Virus record (IMG/VR): IMGVR_UViG_3300048686_000449
Span: 11,899-75,898 of that record
Length of the DNA stretch: 64,000 nucleotides
Reading direction: 5' to 3' (one strand)
Origin: a virus
Shown here: one piece after another, positions 55,142 through 64,000 of the stretch
Position numbering within the stretch: the first letter of the stretch is position 1
How the letters are laid out: each line of letters begins with the position of its first letter
Program-made: the position numbers and the translations under genes
Notes under the pieces: generated by a model
The model's database searches: none
Seen by the model: the letters and a program-made list of their open reading frames with translations, nothing else
Told to the model about the DNA's origin: nothing

Positions 55142-55492
55142 TTAGATAAATGGTTCCAGATTCGGCGGACTAAAGGTGGCAGGTTTCAGGACTTTGCCAT
55201 CTTCACGCTTTTTTACTTTTCCAGTCTCAGGATCAATCTTGCTCATATTTGAACGAGCCACTTCATTCCACGCACCTTCGACATTGAATCCTCGCGCATG
55301 ACAATAGCCGAGAATCACCCAAATCAAATCCATGCAGGCATCCAGTTCCTCAATGCGTGTGGAGGAATTAATGAATTCGTTGAATTCCTCATCTATCAGT
55401 TTATAATAGAGAGAAGATTCTTCTTCCAGCACTTTCAACTGATCGCAAGCCAGCTGAAACTTCTTCACATCATCCGACATATCACAGGCCAT
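55142..55492 (-). CDS. MazG/PRA-PH-like NTP pyrophosphohydrolase
   Basis: LIDEEF.E, LDA..DL..V..G, EV.RSNMSK and REDGKVLKP. Confidence 0.85.
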   Translation of the reverse strand: MACDMSDDVKKFQLACDQLKVLEEESSLYYKLIDEEFNEFINSSTRIEELDACMDLIWVILGYCHARGFNVEGAWNEVARSNMSKIDPETGKVKKREDGKVLKPATFSPPNLEPFI

Positions 55493-55611
55493 AATACACT
55501 CCTTAGAAAAAAGAGGCAATAAAATCAATCACGGGGATCAAATAATACCCAAAGAGAAATCCTGCTATTGAAAGTGAGAGTACGATAAGATAAATGTTCA
55601 TAGAAAAATAA

Positions 55612-55678
55612 GATGGGCGATCTATCCTAGAGATTTCTAGGAACGCACACCATACGGTGACAGTTCAATCGCCCATCG
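55612..55678 (-). terminator. branched stem-loop followed by U-tract downstream of hsp20
   Basis: GATGGGCGAT/ATCGCCCATC closing stem with two internal hairpins, followed by TTATTTTT. Confidence 0.5.
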
Positions 55679-55686
55679 TTTAGAGG

Positions 55687-56148
55687 TTATTTCTGTTCGT
55701 TCAACAACTGCGGAGTGGAAGTTGTCAACGGAATCTTACGCGCTTTGCGTGATTCGGGCACGACATTTTCCAGTTCAATTCGCAACATACCATTCACCAG
55801 TTTTGCATCACGCACTTCCACTGAATCGGCTAACTGGAACGTCTTAATAAACGACCGATTAGCAATCCCACGATACACATACTCCAGTTTGTCCTCGTCC
55901 TTGGTATCTTTCAATCCCTGGACTGTTAACGTGAAGTTCTTGATCGTGACATCGATTTCTTTTTCTTCAAACCCAGCAACCGCCATTTCAATCACAAAAT
56001 GAAACTCATCCTGTTTCACAATATTATGTGGCGGGAACTTCGTGGGCTGAAGATCCGATTGAAGCATTCGTTCAACCGAATCAAAGAATCGATCAAATCC
56101 CACAGTGGTGGGAACGAGCGGACCAAACGACAAATGACCAACTGTCAT
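55687..56148 (-). CDS. small heat shock protein Hsp20 (IbpA-like)
   Basis: VGFDRFF, FPPHNI, IEMAVAGF, YRGIA.R.F...F.LA and A.L.NGML.I.L. Confidence 0.93.
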   Translation of the reverse strand: MTVGHLSFGPLVPTTVGFDRFFDSVERMLQSDLQPTKFPPHNIVKQDEFHFVIEMAVAGFEEKEIDVTIKNFTLTVQGLKDTKDEDKLEYVYRGIANRSFIKTFQLADSVEVRDAKLVNGMLRIELENVVPESRKARKIPLTTSTPQLLNEQK

Positions 56149-56212
56149 AACATCCTCCTTGGTTAAGCGAGAAATGCGTCGAATATGCTCACAATGAGCC
56201 ATATTCCGCACT
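56146..56212 (-). promoter_or_regulatory. ROSE-like RNA thermometer in the hsp20 5' UTR
   Basis: TTCTCGCTT-aacc-AAGGAGGA hairpin pairs the U(U/C)GCU motif with the SD. A second, upstream hairpin is present. Confidence 0.6.
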
Positions 56213-56222
56213 CATAGTGTAT

Positions 56223-56251
56223 AATATAATACTTGATCAATCAAAAGTCAA
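56223..56251 (-). promoter_or_regulatory. sigma70-type promoter for hsp20
   Basis: TTGACT-17nt-TATATT. Confidence 0.6.
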
Positions 56252-56664
56252 GTATTTGAAATCGTCTTATTTCCGATGGTATATTTGGCCACTAATGCCC
56301 AATCAGATTTTTCTTTGAAAGGAATAATTTTAATCTGATGTAGAGGGGCAAGATTACCTTCTATTTGGGCAGGTACCACAATATCAATCAATCCCCATTC
56401 CTGAAGGAGTTTAGCAATGGCATTTCGTCGAGCATAATCTGCATCACTAATATCAGAATGTTTTCCATCCAATAAAAAGATTTCTTTAAAATGTACGAGA
56501 TAATACTTACCTTTTTTATGAAGAATATGGCAGGATTGATAGAGCGTCTTATCTTTATGAGATGCCACACCGATTCGAGTGAGTGTTTCTTTGACTTTGA
56601 GGAAGTCTTCTGCAGAGGGTAGATGGATTTCAATAAAGGTTTTTACAATATCGTCAGTATTCAT
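56248..56664 (-). CDS. regA: translational repressor RegA
   Basis: DFLKVKETLTRIG...LYQSCHILHK.G.YY.VHFKE. Confidence 0.95.
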   Translation of the reverse strand: MNTDDIVKTFIEIHLPSAEDFLKVKETLTRIGVASHKDKTLYQSCHILHKKGKYYLVHFKEIFLLDGKHSDISDADYARRNAIAKLLQEWGLIDIVVPAQIEGNLAPLHQIKIIPFKEKSDWALVAKYTIGNKTISNT

Positions 56665-56668
56665 ATGT

Positions 56669-57328
56669 TTATTCCCTGAAACATTTCCATCCCTTATGAT
56701 GGGTGGATTTTCCTGATGAAACCCTACCCATATTACCTTGATCTAAATTGTTATTTCGACAAAATTCTTTTAAATTTTTGATCCTAAAACATTCGCCTGC
56801 GGGTGATATAATTTTCCAGTAAAGACTATTTTTATCATTTCTTTTATTTATGGTCTTCTCAGATTGTTTTAATCCTTTATGAGATTCACTCATTCTATTT
56901 CTAACTTCTAAAGAGAGAAATTTACCTTTTTTCGGTGAGGGTTTTCCTCGACGCTGTTCACTCCATTTCCTTTTTATTTCTTCGCTATATCTGTAACCTT
57001 TTCTTTTTTCGCTTATCAGTTTTCTTGTTTTATATGAAGGATTGGTTAATCCATCCCCGCCATCTGTTCTGTTTCTCAAAATTCCGGTTCCTAAATCTTT
57101 TCTTCCATACCAACGTATATATCGTCGTTCTAATGCTATTGCTCCTATCTCACTTAATCCTTGCTCTATAATAACAATACATTTTGAATTTTTCGGAAGA
57201 TGTATCGTATGATCTTTGCTCCAAGCTCTTAAGTTTTTACCCTTTCCGATATAGTAAGGGGTGCCATCTACTCGCAAATAAGCATAAACATAAAAACCTT
57301 TAGGCGGAAAAGAAGAATAAATAGACAT
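56669..57328 (-). mobile_element. free-standing GIY-YIG homing endonuclease with NUMOD3 repeats
   Basis: [45 protein letters not shown] and C-terminal HKGW. Inserted between gp62 and regA. Confidence 0.88.
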
Positions 57329-57410
57329 ACCTGACGCTCCTGGTTATATAACAGCGTTAGAGTGGGTGGGAATTCGTAGTTCCGCGACCCACATAATATA
57401 TCTATTTATA
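57317..57410 (-). repeat. conserved structured leader element, copy 3
   Basis: Minus strand TATAAATAGATAT...ATGTGGGTCGCGGAA..TTCCCACCCACTCTAACGCT...GGAGCGTCAGGTATGTCTATTTAT. Confidence 0.85.
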
Positions 57411-57441
57411 TATTTTAAGTTTTAGAATTGATATAAATCTG

Positions 57442-57834
57442 TCATTTGATTATCCCACCTGTATCAGTGATCCTTTTAAGATCTGCCAATTGTTCAGGAG
57501 TGAGCAGAGGAAGAATCTGACGAGATTTGGCGTCTGAATACCCATAAGCGAGTTTCACACATTCCAAATCGTCAGGAGACTCGGCTTTACTCCACTTGAC
57601 ATAGGGTCGTTTCCGACCCCTCACTGTATTTATAAGATAAGAAAATTGTAATTTCTTATCCAGGTGGTGGCGACGATTCATTTCGTTGGCAAACAACACA
57701 CAATCCTGATGATAGGACAAACTCCGATTGGTGAGAAAAGGTACATAGGATTTCTCACTTATATCATCAACGATCAGATCTTTCTTCCCATAACTAATCT
57801 GATTAACATAATCAAAGGGATTGATTTTATCCAT
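57442..57834 (-). CDS. gp62: clamp loader small subunit (T4 gp62)
   Basis: YVPFL.NRSLSY..D...ANEMN and YGYS..K...L. Confidence 0.9.
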   Translation of the reverse strand: MDKINPFDYVNQISYGKKDLIVDDISEKSYVPFLTNRSLSYHQDCVLFANEMNRRHHLDKKLQFSYLINTVRGRKRPYVKWSKAESPDDLECVKLAYGYSDAKSRQILPLLTPEQLADLKRITDTGGIIK

Positions 57835-57836
57835 GA

Positions 57837-58775
57837 TTAAACCCACTCAGCGGCAATCATAATCTCTGTCAAACACGCAACAATGTTGATCTCTTTATCC
57901 ATACAAAAACTGTCTTTATACTGGTAATCAGCAAGCAATACGACGATCTGAGGAATCGTTGCTGGTTTGACATACTCATACAATCCATCATAAATCCGAC
58001 GAAACAAGGTCGCTGAATCAGGATTACTCGTTGCCACCCACTTTCGCATGGCAGTAAAATCTTTTTTCTTGAGCATCTCAGTGAGATCTTTGATGGCGAC
58101 ATCACCGAGTTGCGTCAGAATGCCCGCATCAATCTTACCAAACTGCGCATACCGTTGGAGTTCATTCAGTACACGACGAAAATCAGGAAAATACTTGGTA
58201 ATTAGTTCTGCTACAACTTTATCATCATAGGGAATGGTTTCAGTTTTTAGAATCATCTGCACGCGCTTGAAAAACGCTGCAGCCATCTTCTGTTTTTCAC
58301 CATTACGCAACGTAAAATCAATCACTGAACATCGTGAATGAAGGGGTTCAATAATGCGAGATTTATAGTTACAGGTAAAGATAAAAGTACAATTTTCAGA
58401 AAACTCCTCAATCGCAGAGCGCAACGCCCCTTGAGTACTATTTGGATTTAGAAAATCTGCTTCATCAATCAGAATGATTTTGCGACCACCACTGAGCGAC
58501 ATGGAAGAGGCATAGTGTTTGATCTTGGTTCTGAAAACATCAATACCGCTTTCATCCGATCCATTGATGACTAGAATGTCCGATCCGATTTCACGCGCCA
58601 TCGCTTTGGCAACCGTCGTTTTTCCGACACCAGGACCACCACATAGCAACAGATTTGGAACTTTCTGTTGCTTGACATATTCTTTGAAGGGCACTTTCAA
58701 GCGATCAGGAAGAATACATTCGTCAATCGTTTGAGGGCGATATTTTTCAACAAACAGAAAATGATCCACATTCAT
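57837..58775 (-). CDS. gp44: clamp loader AAA+ subunit (T4 gp44)
   Basis: VEKYRP, GPGVGKTT, IDEAD, LHSRC and FPDFRR. Confidence 0.95.
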   Translation of the reverse strand: MNVDHFLFVEKYRPQTIDECILPDRLKVPFKEYVKQQKVPNLLLCGGPGVGKTTVAKAMAREIGSDILVINGSDESGIDVFRTKIKHYASSMSLSGGRKIILIDEADFLNPNSTQGALRSAIEEFSENCTFIFTCNYKSRIIEPLHSRCSVIDFTLRNGEKQKMAAAFFKRVQMILKTETIPYDDKVVAELITKYFPDFRRVLNELQRYAQFGKIDAGILTQLGDVAIKDLTEMLKKKDFTAMRKWVATSNPDSATLFRRIYDGLYEYVKPATIPQIVVLLADYQYKDSFCMDKEINIVACLTEIMIAAEWV

Positions 58776-58802
58776 CCTCACACTCCATCATCATAAAAAA
58801 TA

Positions 58803-58822
58803 GGGGCAGGAAACCCCGCCCC
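58803..58822. terminator. GC hairpin between gp45 and gp44
   Basis: Minus strand GGGGCGGGG-tttc-CTGCCCC followed by TATTTTTT. Confidence 0.6.
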
Positions 58823-58844
58823 TCACACTCAAACACACTCACAC

Positions 58845-59525
58845 TTACTTCTGTGTCTTAGATCCAACTTCCAAGGCTAACCAATACTTCAACTTTCTAG
58901 CAGCATTCTCAAACTTCGCAATTCCCTTGGAGGAAATACTCACCTGATAATCACCCAACATCATCTTCCAGTTTTCCGTGCGAAAGACCATGCGGCAAAC
59001 CTGATCAGTATTCTTCACCTCCACTGAATATTGATTAGATGAATCATTATTGACATCAATTACTGTCAGGCGAAGCACTGTTCCATCGCCTTCCACGACA
59101 ATATGCGGAGCACTGAGAATAGACGCTGCCTTGAGAATACGCGATAGCATTTCTTCAGACAACTCAAATTCAATATCAGATACACCAAGATCCAGATCCT
59201 TATTAGGAGGTGTTACCAGCATCTTCTCATCACAACACCGAAACTTCGTGATTTCAGTATCACGAATCTTGACCGTCAAATTCGGATCCTGATACGACAC
59301 AGCAGGAATCTGCCCACCATCAAATGTCAAGACGGCTAACAGATTATTGAGATCGTAGATGCCAAACGAAGATGGAATCTCATCCTCCAGTTGGACTTCT
59401 GCGAAGACCGTCTTGGTGGGTGAAATGGTGCGCTGTCGCTTTCCTTCACGAAACATCAATCCTGAATTGATGCTTGCGAAATTCTTCAACACTTCAATCG
59501 TAGACGACGATAACTGAACGGACAT
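58845..59525 (-). CDS. gp45: sliding clamp (T4 gp45)
   Basis: LS..T..VLKNFASIN, FGIYDL..LL and YWLALE. Confidence 0.93.
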   Translation of the reverse strand: MSVQLSSSTIEVLKNFASINSGLMFREGKRQRTISPTKTVFAEVQLEDEIPSSFGIYDLNNLLAVLTFDGGQIPAVSYQDPNLTVKIRDTEITKFRCCDEKMLVTPPNKDLDLGVSDIEFELSEEMLSRILKAASILSAPHIVVEGDGTVLRLTVIDVNNDSSNQYSVEVKNTDQVCRMVFRTENWKMMLGDYQVSISSKGIAKFENAARKLKYWLALEVGSKTQK

Positions 59526-59558
59526 ATGTCACCTCATAATAAAAATAATAATAATATA

Positions 59559-60194
59559 TTATACTAATACGATATGCTTGTCAACTATTTTCAACACTTT
59601 TTCACGAAGTTCGTCAAGTGTACCATTATTCTCAATCACATAATCAAATTCACACCCAATCCAGTCCCATTCTGATTGATGAATTCCCAGATCCGCCATA
59701 TGATGAATGGCATCAATATGACCACGATTGGCTTGTTCCGCAATCAAAAACCAATTCGGCTCTCCACCACGACGCACACGAACAATAATTCCATCCATAT
59801 CATGGATCGCCTGAACTTCATTTTGAAACCGAACATCCGAGACGACGAACTTCTGATGAGGAGACGTTTCAATCCGACGCACTAACGACTTCACCCAAAC
59901 ATCCCGATGAAAAACATTACGCATCGACTCTGTACCAAATTGTTGCAACACCAAACGCGGTGTCACTTCATACTTAAAGGAATTTGACCAATAGGCATCT
60001 GGTTGTTCGCGCCACTGTCGTGATTCTGTTGTAGATCCCTCTAACATGTTTCGATCCCACGAAAAAATCTGCGCCACAGCATCTTTCAATGGAGCAGCAA
60101 AAGAATCTTTCTGATATCCATTGACCATCAAAGTCTCAGCAACCGTATTTTTTCCTGATCCAATAAACCCAACGAGTCCAATCACATGCTTCAT
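59559..60194 (-). CDS. deoxynucleoside monophosphate kinase (T4 gp1-like)
   Basis: IGLVGFIGSGK, SFAAPLK, TPR..LQ.FGTE, SDVRF.NE and HQSE. Confidence 0.9.
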   Translation of the reverse strand: MKHVIGLVGFIGSGKNTVAETLMVNGYQKDSFAAPLKDAVAQIFSWDRNMLEGSTTESRQWREQPDAYWSNSFKYEVTPRLVLQQFGTESMRNVFHRDVWVKSLVRRIETSPHQKFVVSDVRFQNEVQAIHDMDGIIVRVRRGGEPNWFLIAEQANRGHIDAIHHMADLGIHQSEWDWIGCEFDYVIENNGTLDELREKVLKIVDKHIVLV

Positions 60195-60201
60195 ATTTTC
60201 C

Positions 60202-60996
60202 TCACAATCTTCCAGTATGTTCTGCAATCTTTGGCATATTGCCCGTAAATGCGTATGTTCCTACGTGTTGTGACTTCATCCATGGACACATCCACACACG
60301 GTACCCAATCTTTCGCGCCCACTGACAGAACATATAATCTTCAGACAAATAACGATGACTGACAGGATCGATGACCGTATCAAAATAGGCATGAATATAC
60401 CGAGATCCATCAAAGTTCGCTTGACCGACATGATCTGGCTTATATTGGAATTCGGGGTACGATTCTTTAAACTTGTCAAAGACCTGTCGCTTCACCATCA
60501 TATAACCCGTACCGATTTCCATCACTTCCAATGGTTCAGAGACTTGAAACTGTGAAGTGCCTTTCACTACATTGAATACATATTCACCGACTAAATTTTC
60601 TAATTCCTTCGGTTCAATATCGGGCGTTTTCTTTATTGCAGCTGCTATATTACCCCAATTAATTGACTTCTTAGGATATGGCGCACCAATAATATCACGA
60701 TCTAACGATAAGAGCGCAAGCACATCTTTCGGTTCAAAATGAATATCAGAATCCAAAAACAGCAAATGCGTAAATCCCGACCGTAGAAACTCATCAACCA
60801 AATAGTTTCTGGCTCGTGTAATCAGTGACTCATTAAATAGAAATGAAAACTTCATATCGACGCCATATCGAGCCATAGTGGTCTGCAGATCCAGACAGGA
60901 TTTCATATACATCCCATGACATTGACCGCCATACATCGGTGTAGCCACAAACAACTTATTTTTGCGCAAATCTTCAACTTTCACCTGAATTTCCAT
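60202..60996 (-). CDS. GT-A fold glycosyltransferase-like conserved protein
   Basis: ATPMYGG, ESLITRARN, LFLDSDI, GTGYMM and LSEDY.FC. Confidence 0.7.
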   Translation of the reverse strand: MEIQVKVEDLRKNKLFVATPMYGGQCHGMYMKSCLDLQTTMARYGVDMKFSFLFNESLITRARNYLVDEFLRSGFTHLLFLDSDIHFEPKDVLALLSLDRDIIGAPYPKKSINWGNIAAAIKKTPDIEPKELENLVGEYVFNVVKGTSQFQVSEPLEVMEIGTGYMMVKRQVFDKFKESYPEFQYKPDHVGQANFDGSRYIHAYFDTVIDPVSHRYLSEDYMFCQWARKIGYRVWMCPWMKSQHVGTYAFTGNMPKIAEHTGRL

Positions 60997-61035
60997 AAGA
61001 CCTCCATTATGTCAGTCACATTAATCAAATAACAC

Positions 61036-61683
61036 TCAAACCTTTCGACGAATTGAACCGCGTTTCATAGTATCATTTATTACAGTATCGGATTTGACAG
61101 TCGAATCTGTTCGTTCATATCGCGTTTTGATTGTCTGAATTCTTTCAATCTTTTTGAATAACTTCTGCTGTTTCTTGCGAGCCATCTGAAGTGTCAAATT
61201 ACCAACAAGATCAGTATACACGATTCCATTCAAATGATCTAATTCGTGTTGGAAACAACGTGCCGTCATCCCCATAAACTCATTTTGATGAACATTTCCA
61301 TTAGCGTCCTGATATTCAACTGCAACACGTTCAGAACGATAGACACGCAATAATAAACCAGGAAATGACAAACATCCCTCTTGATCGTGATTTTTAATCT
61401 CTGAAGCAGAAATAATTTTAGGATTGAAACAGACAACCCCACCCTCTAAAACAAATACGCGATAGTTCCATCCCACCTGATTCGCAGCCAATCCAACGCC
61501 ACCATAGTGCTTCATGGTGAAGTGTAGTTGCTTCGCGATAAGATGTGGTCCAATGGGTGGATTTGCAAAATCAAACGAAGGAGATTTAATTTTAAGTAGA
61601 AGATTCTTTTCATTGTACAAAACAAGAGGTTTTTCTACAACCAAACTATTTTCTTCAGTATTAATCGTCAATACTTCACTCAT
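61036..61683 (-). CDS. def: peptide deformylase
   Basis: GVGLAANQ, EGCLS and QHELDHLNG. Confidence 0.93.
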   Translation of the reverse strand: MSEVLTINTEENSLVVEKPLVLYNEKNLLLKIKSPSFDFANPPIGPHLIAKQLHFTMKHYGGVGLAANQVGWNYRVFVLEGGVVCFNPKIISASEIKNHDQEGCLSFPGLLLRVYRSERVAVEYQDANGNVHQNEFMGMTARCFQHELDHLNGIVYTDLVGNLTLQMARKKQQKLFKKIERIQTIKTRYERTDSTVKSDTVINDTMKRGSIRRKV

Positions 61684-63395
61684 ACAATCACCTGTGATGA
61701 AAAGTTATTTTGTTTACGGAATCGAATAACATGTTGGAATTTATCTTGCAACATATCTCCGCGATGAGAAATCACAAATACATTCGTACCCTCCAAGACG
61801 GTGAGAATTTTAAGTAATTCTTCTGTGCCCGTTAGATCTAATGAAGAATCAAACACTTCATCCAAAATCAACAGATTTGTATTCATGGAATTTTTAAGTT
61901 TCGCAACTGCTCTCCATGTAAGCATTAACGCCATATCAATACGTTGCTTTTCACCTTCACTAAACGAAGCATACTGAAATTCATCACGATACCGAGACTT
62001 GATCGTTTCATCAAACGATTCATCTAACATAAAGTTTACTGAAAAGTCTAACGTTAAGAGATACTTATTCACCAGAGTATTGATGACTGGCAAATATTGT
62101 TGAATGATTTTCGTCTTGATTCCCGTATCTTTCAACAATAATGATGCCGCATCACAATATTGTTTTTCAACCAACAATGTTTTTCGTGTTGTATCTAAAT
62201 CGATCACTGTTTGTTCATAGATCGCAAGTTGTTGTTGTTCTACAGCAGAAGAATGGGTATTGGAACGAAGATTTGTAATTTTGGTATCAATCGATTGAAC
62301 CCAATCACGAATCTGTTCAATAGAACGTTTCCATGACGCGATATCTGTTTCTAATGTTCGAATAGTGCGTTCAATTCCATCCAGATGTTGTAATTGTACT
62401 TCCAGTTCTTTCACTTTTTGTTCGAGCTTCTGAATGCCATCCAATGATTCGGCTGTCTTTTTTCGTAAATTAGTAATTTGTTCTTGGCGAAATGACTGGT
62501 CAATCCCCTGTTGACAGGTTGGACAATGATCATGTTCCTCAAAAAACGATAACGATTTTTGCTGCTTAGACAGAGTATGTTGAATCTGCGCTTCAAGTTT
62601 GTTCAGCTTTGTTAGCTTCGATTGTACATCTTTCTTATCACTCAATGAGTCAACCACTGCAGAAATTTTTGTAGTGGCTGCAGCGATAGCCTGTTCACAC
62701 TCATTCATTTTCTCTAGATTATCTGTACGTTCATGGCGCAATGAGTCAGCAAGACGATCATGATTTTCGGAAAGTGTAACGACATGTTTCTTCTGTAACT
62801 CAACCTTTTCGTGAGCTGATTCCAACATCAATTTATTAGCAGACAAGGATTCTTTATTGGTGGTAATATGTTCTTTCAGAAGAGAATTCATTGTGGAGAA
62901 AATTTGAATATCAAGCAAATCCTCGATAATAGCTCGACGCTCAGAGCTTGATAATTGCATAAACGGGGTAAAGGAGGCTGATCCCAACACCGCAATTTGC
63001 GTGAAAGATTTATAGTTCATCTTGAGAATGGCGGACTCCAGATACTCCTGGTAATCACGAGATTCTGCATCTTGATTGATGAGAATACCATCTTGATAAA
63101 TTTCAAAGATGTTTGGTTTAATTCCACGAATAATTCGATAGGCAACACCATCAATACTAATCAAGACTTCGACAAGACAATCACGACCATTGATAGAATT
63201 CACAAGACTAGGTTTATTGATCTTACGAAACGGTCGATTAAACAACCCAAAACACAACGCATCAAGAAGCGTCGATTTACCCGATCCATTTTCTCCAATG
63301 ATCAAGGTGTGTTCATGAGTAGTCAGAGGAATTTCTGTAAACGTATTACCGGTCGACAGAAAATTTTTCCATCTTACTGAACGAACAACGATCAT
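61680..63395 (-). CDS. gp46: recombination endonuclease subunit, SbcC/Rad50-like (T4 gp46)
   Basis: WKNFLS.GN, GENGSGKS, CPTC hook, FSEGE, LDEVFD and ISH. Confidence 0.95.
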   Translation of the reverse strand: MIVVRSVRWKNFLSTGNTFTEIPLTTHEHTLIIGENGSGKSTLLDALCFGLFNRPFRKINKPSLVNSINGRDCLVEVLISIDGVAYRIIRGIKPNIFEIYQDGILINQDAESRDYQEYLESAILKMNYKSFTQIAVLGSASFTPFMQLSSSERRAIIEDLLDIQIFSTMNSLLKEHITTNKESLSANKLMLESAHEKVELQKKHVVTLSENHDRLADSLRHERTDNLEKMNECEQAIAAATTKISAVVDSLSDKKDVQSKLTKLNKLEAQIQHTLSKQQKSLSFFEEHDHCPTCQQGIDQSFRQEQITNLRKKTAESLDGIQKLEQKVKELEVQLQHLDGIERTIRTLETDIASWKRSIEQIRDWVQSIDTKITNLRSNTHSSAVEQQQLAIYEQTVIDLDTTRKTLLVEKQYCDAASLLLKDTGIKTKIIQQYLPVINTLVNKYLLTLDFSVNFMLDESFDETIKSRYRDEFQYASFSEGEKQRIDMALMLTWRAVAKLKNSMNTNLLILDEVFDSSLDLTGTEELLKILTVLEGTNVFVISHRGDMLQDKFQHVIRFRKQNNFSSQVIV

Positions 63396-64000
63396 AACGA
63401 TCTCTCCGCAGCAAGAGCATCCTGATACAACTGACCCATAAATTCCTTTAGTTGATTTGGATCTACATCCATTTTGAGTCCATCAATATAAGAACGAAGA
63501 ATCGTCATCGTATCTTCTGCTTGATCGATCACCGCATCTTCAAAAGACTCAGAGATAGTTAGATAATTTTCAACGATTGACACATCAAGCGGACTAGATG
63601 CATACAACTTATCGAGAACGCTGTCAAACAAATATGGATTTGTTTTCTGTTTGACGACCACCTTTACGCAGGTATCTTTATAAGATGAAAAGTCTAAGGA
63701 ATTCCAATGTTCGAAATTCTGAATGGTATCATCATACTGAAGTTTATAGAACATTTTATATGGATTAGGAACAAAAGTCAAATTTCTCGTGTCAGTATCA
63801 AAGATATGAAACCCACGAGTATCATCATAATCTGCCCAAGTAATCTCATATGTGTTTCCAAGATACTGAATAGGACCATTTTTAGACCGATGATGGAAAT
63901 GCCCCGACATCACCAACTCAAACCGATCAAATAGTTCAGCAGACATACCGTCATGGCACATCATTCCCTTATCCATTTCAAACCCAGCAATCTCTAAATG
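63392..64000 (-). CDS. gp47: recombination endonuclease subunit, SbcD/Mre11-like (T4 gp47), 5'-truncated by the window
   Basis: HLEIAGF, SGHFH and YLGN.YEITW.D...RGFH. Confidence 0.92.
   Translation of the reverse strand, partial: HLEIAGFEMDKGMMCHDGMSAELFDRFELVMSGHFHHRSKNGPIQYLGNTYEITWADYDDTRGFHIFDTDTRNLTFVPNPYKMFYKLQYDDTIQNFEHWNSLDFSSYKDTCVKVVVKQKTNPYLFDSVLDKLYASSPLDVSIVENYLTISESFEDAVIDQAEDTMTILRSYIDGLKMDVDPNQLKEFMGQLYQDALAAERSL

Overview
This window is part of a large T4-like myovirus genome (cyanophage/pelagiphage-style gene set) infecting a Gram-negative host. Almost all genes are on the minus strand and read cleanly in the standard code. Right third: core replication module (gp47, gp46, peptide deformylase, dNMP kinase, gp45, gp44, gp62, regA, hsp20, gp43, uvsX, gp41). 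Middle: a glycosyl/methyl/nucleotidyl-transferase cluster, probable encapsidated head proteins, primase, thyX, nrdA/nrdB split by a phosphate-porin-like gene, and dps. Left: small early genes with sigma70-type promoters, four tRNAs plus a 150-nt tRNA-like (YrlA-like) RNA, DNA ligase, a Mom-like gene and RNase H. Far left: an eight-gene operon behind a T4-type late promoter, containing two paralogous small membrane proteins, csgF, csgG, a curlin-repeat protein, a FecR-domain protein, a second curlin-repeat protein and a CHASE2 adenylate cyclase. The two most notable items are (1) this curli-secretion plus trans-envelope cAMP-signalling operon and (2) a conserved, covarying ~85-95 nt structured leader bounded by inverted late-promoter repeats that precedes all three free-standing homing endonuclease genes. 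All calls come from motif recognition by eye; no database searches or folding programs were run.
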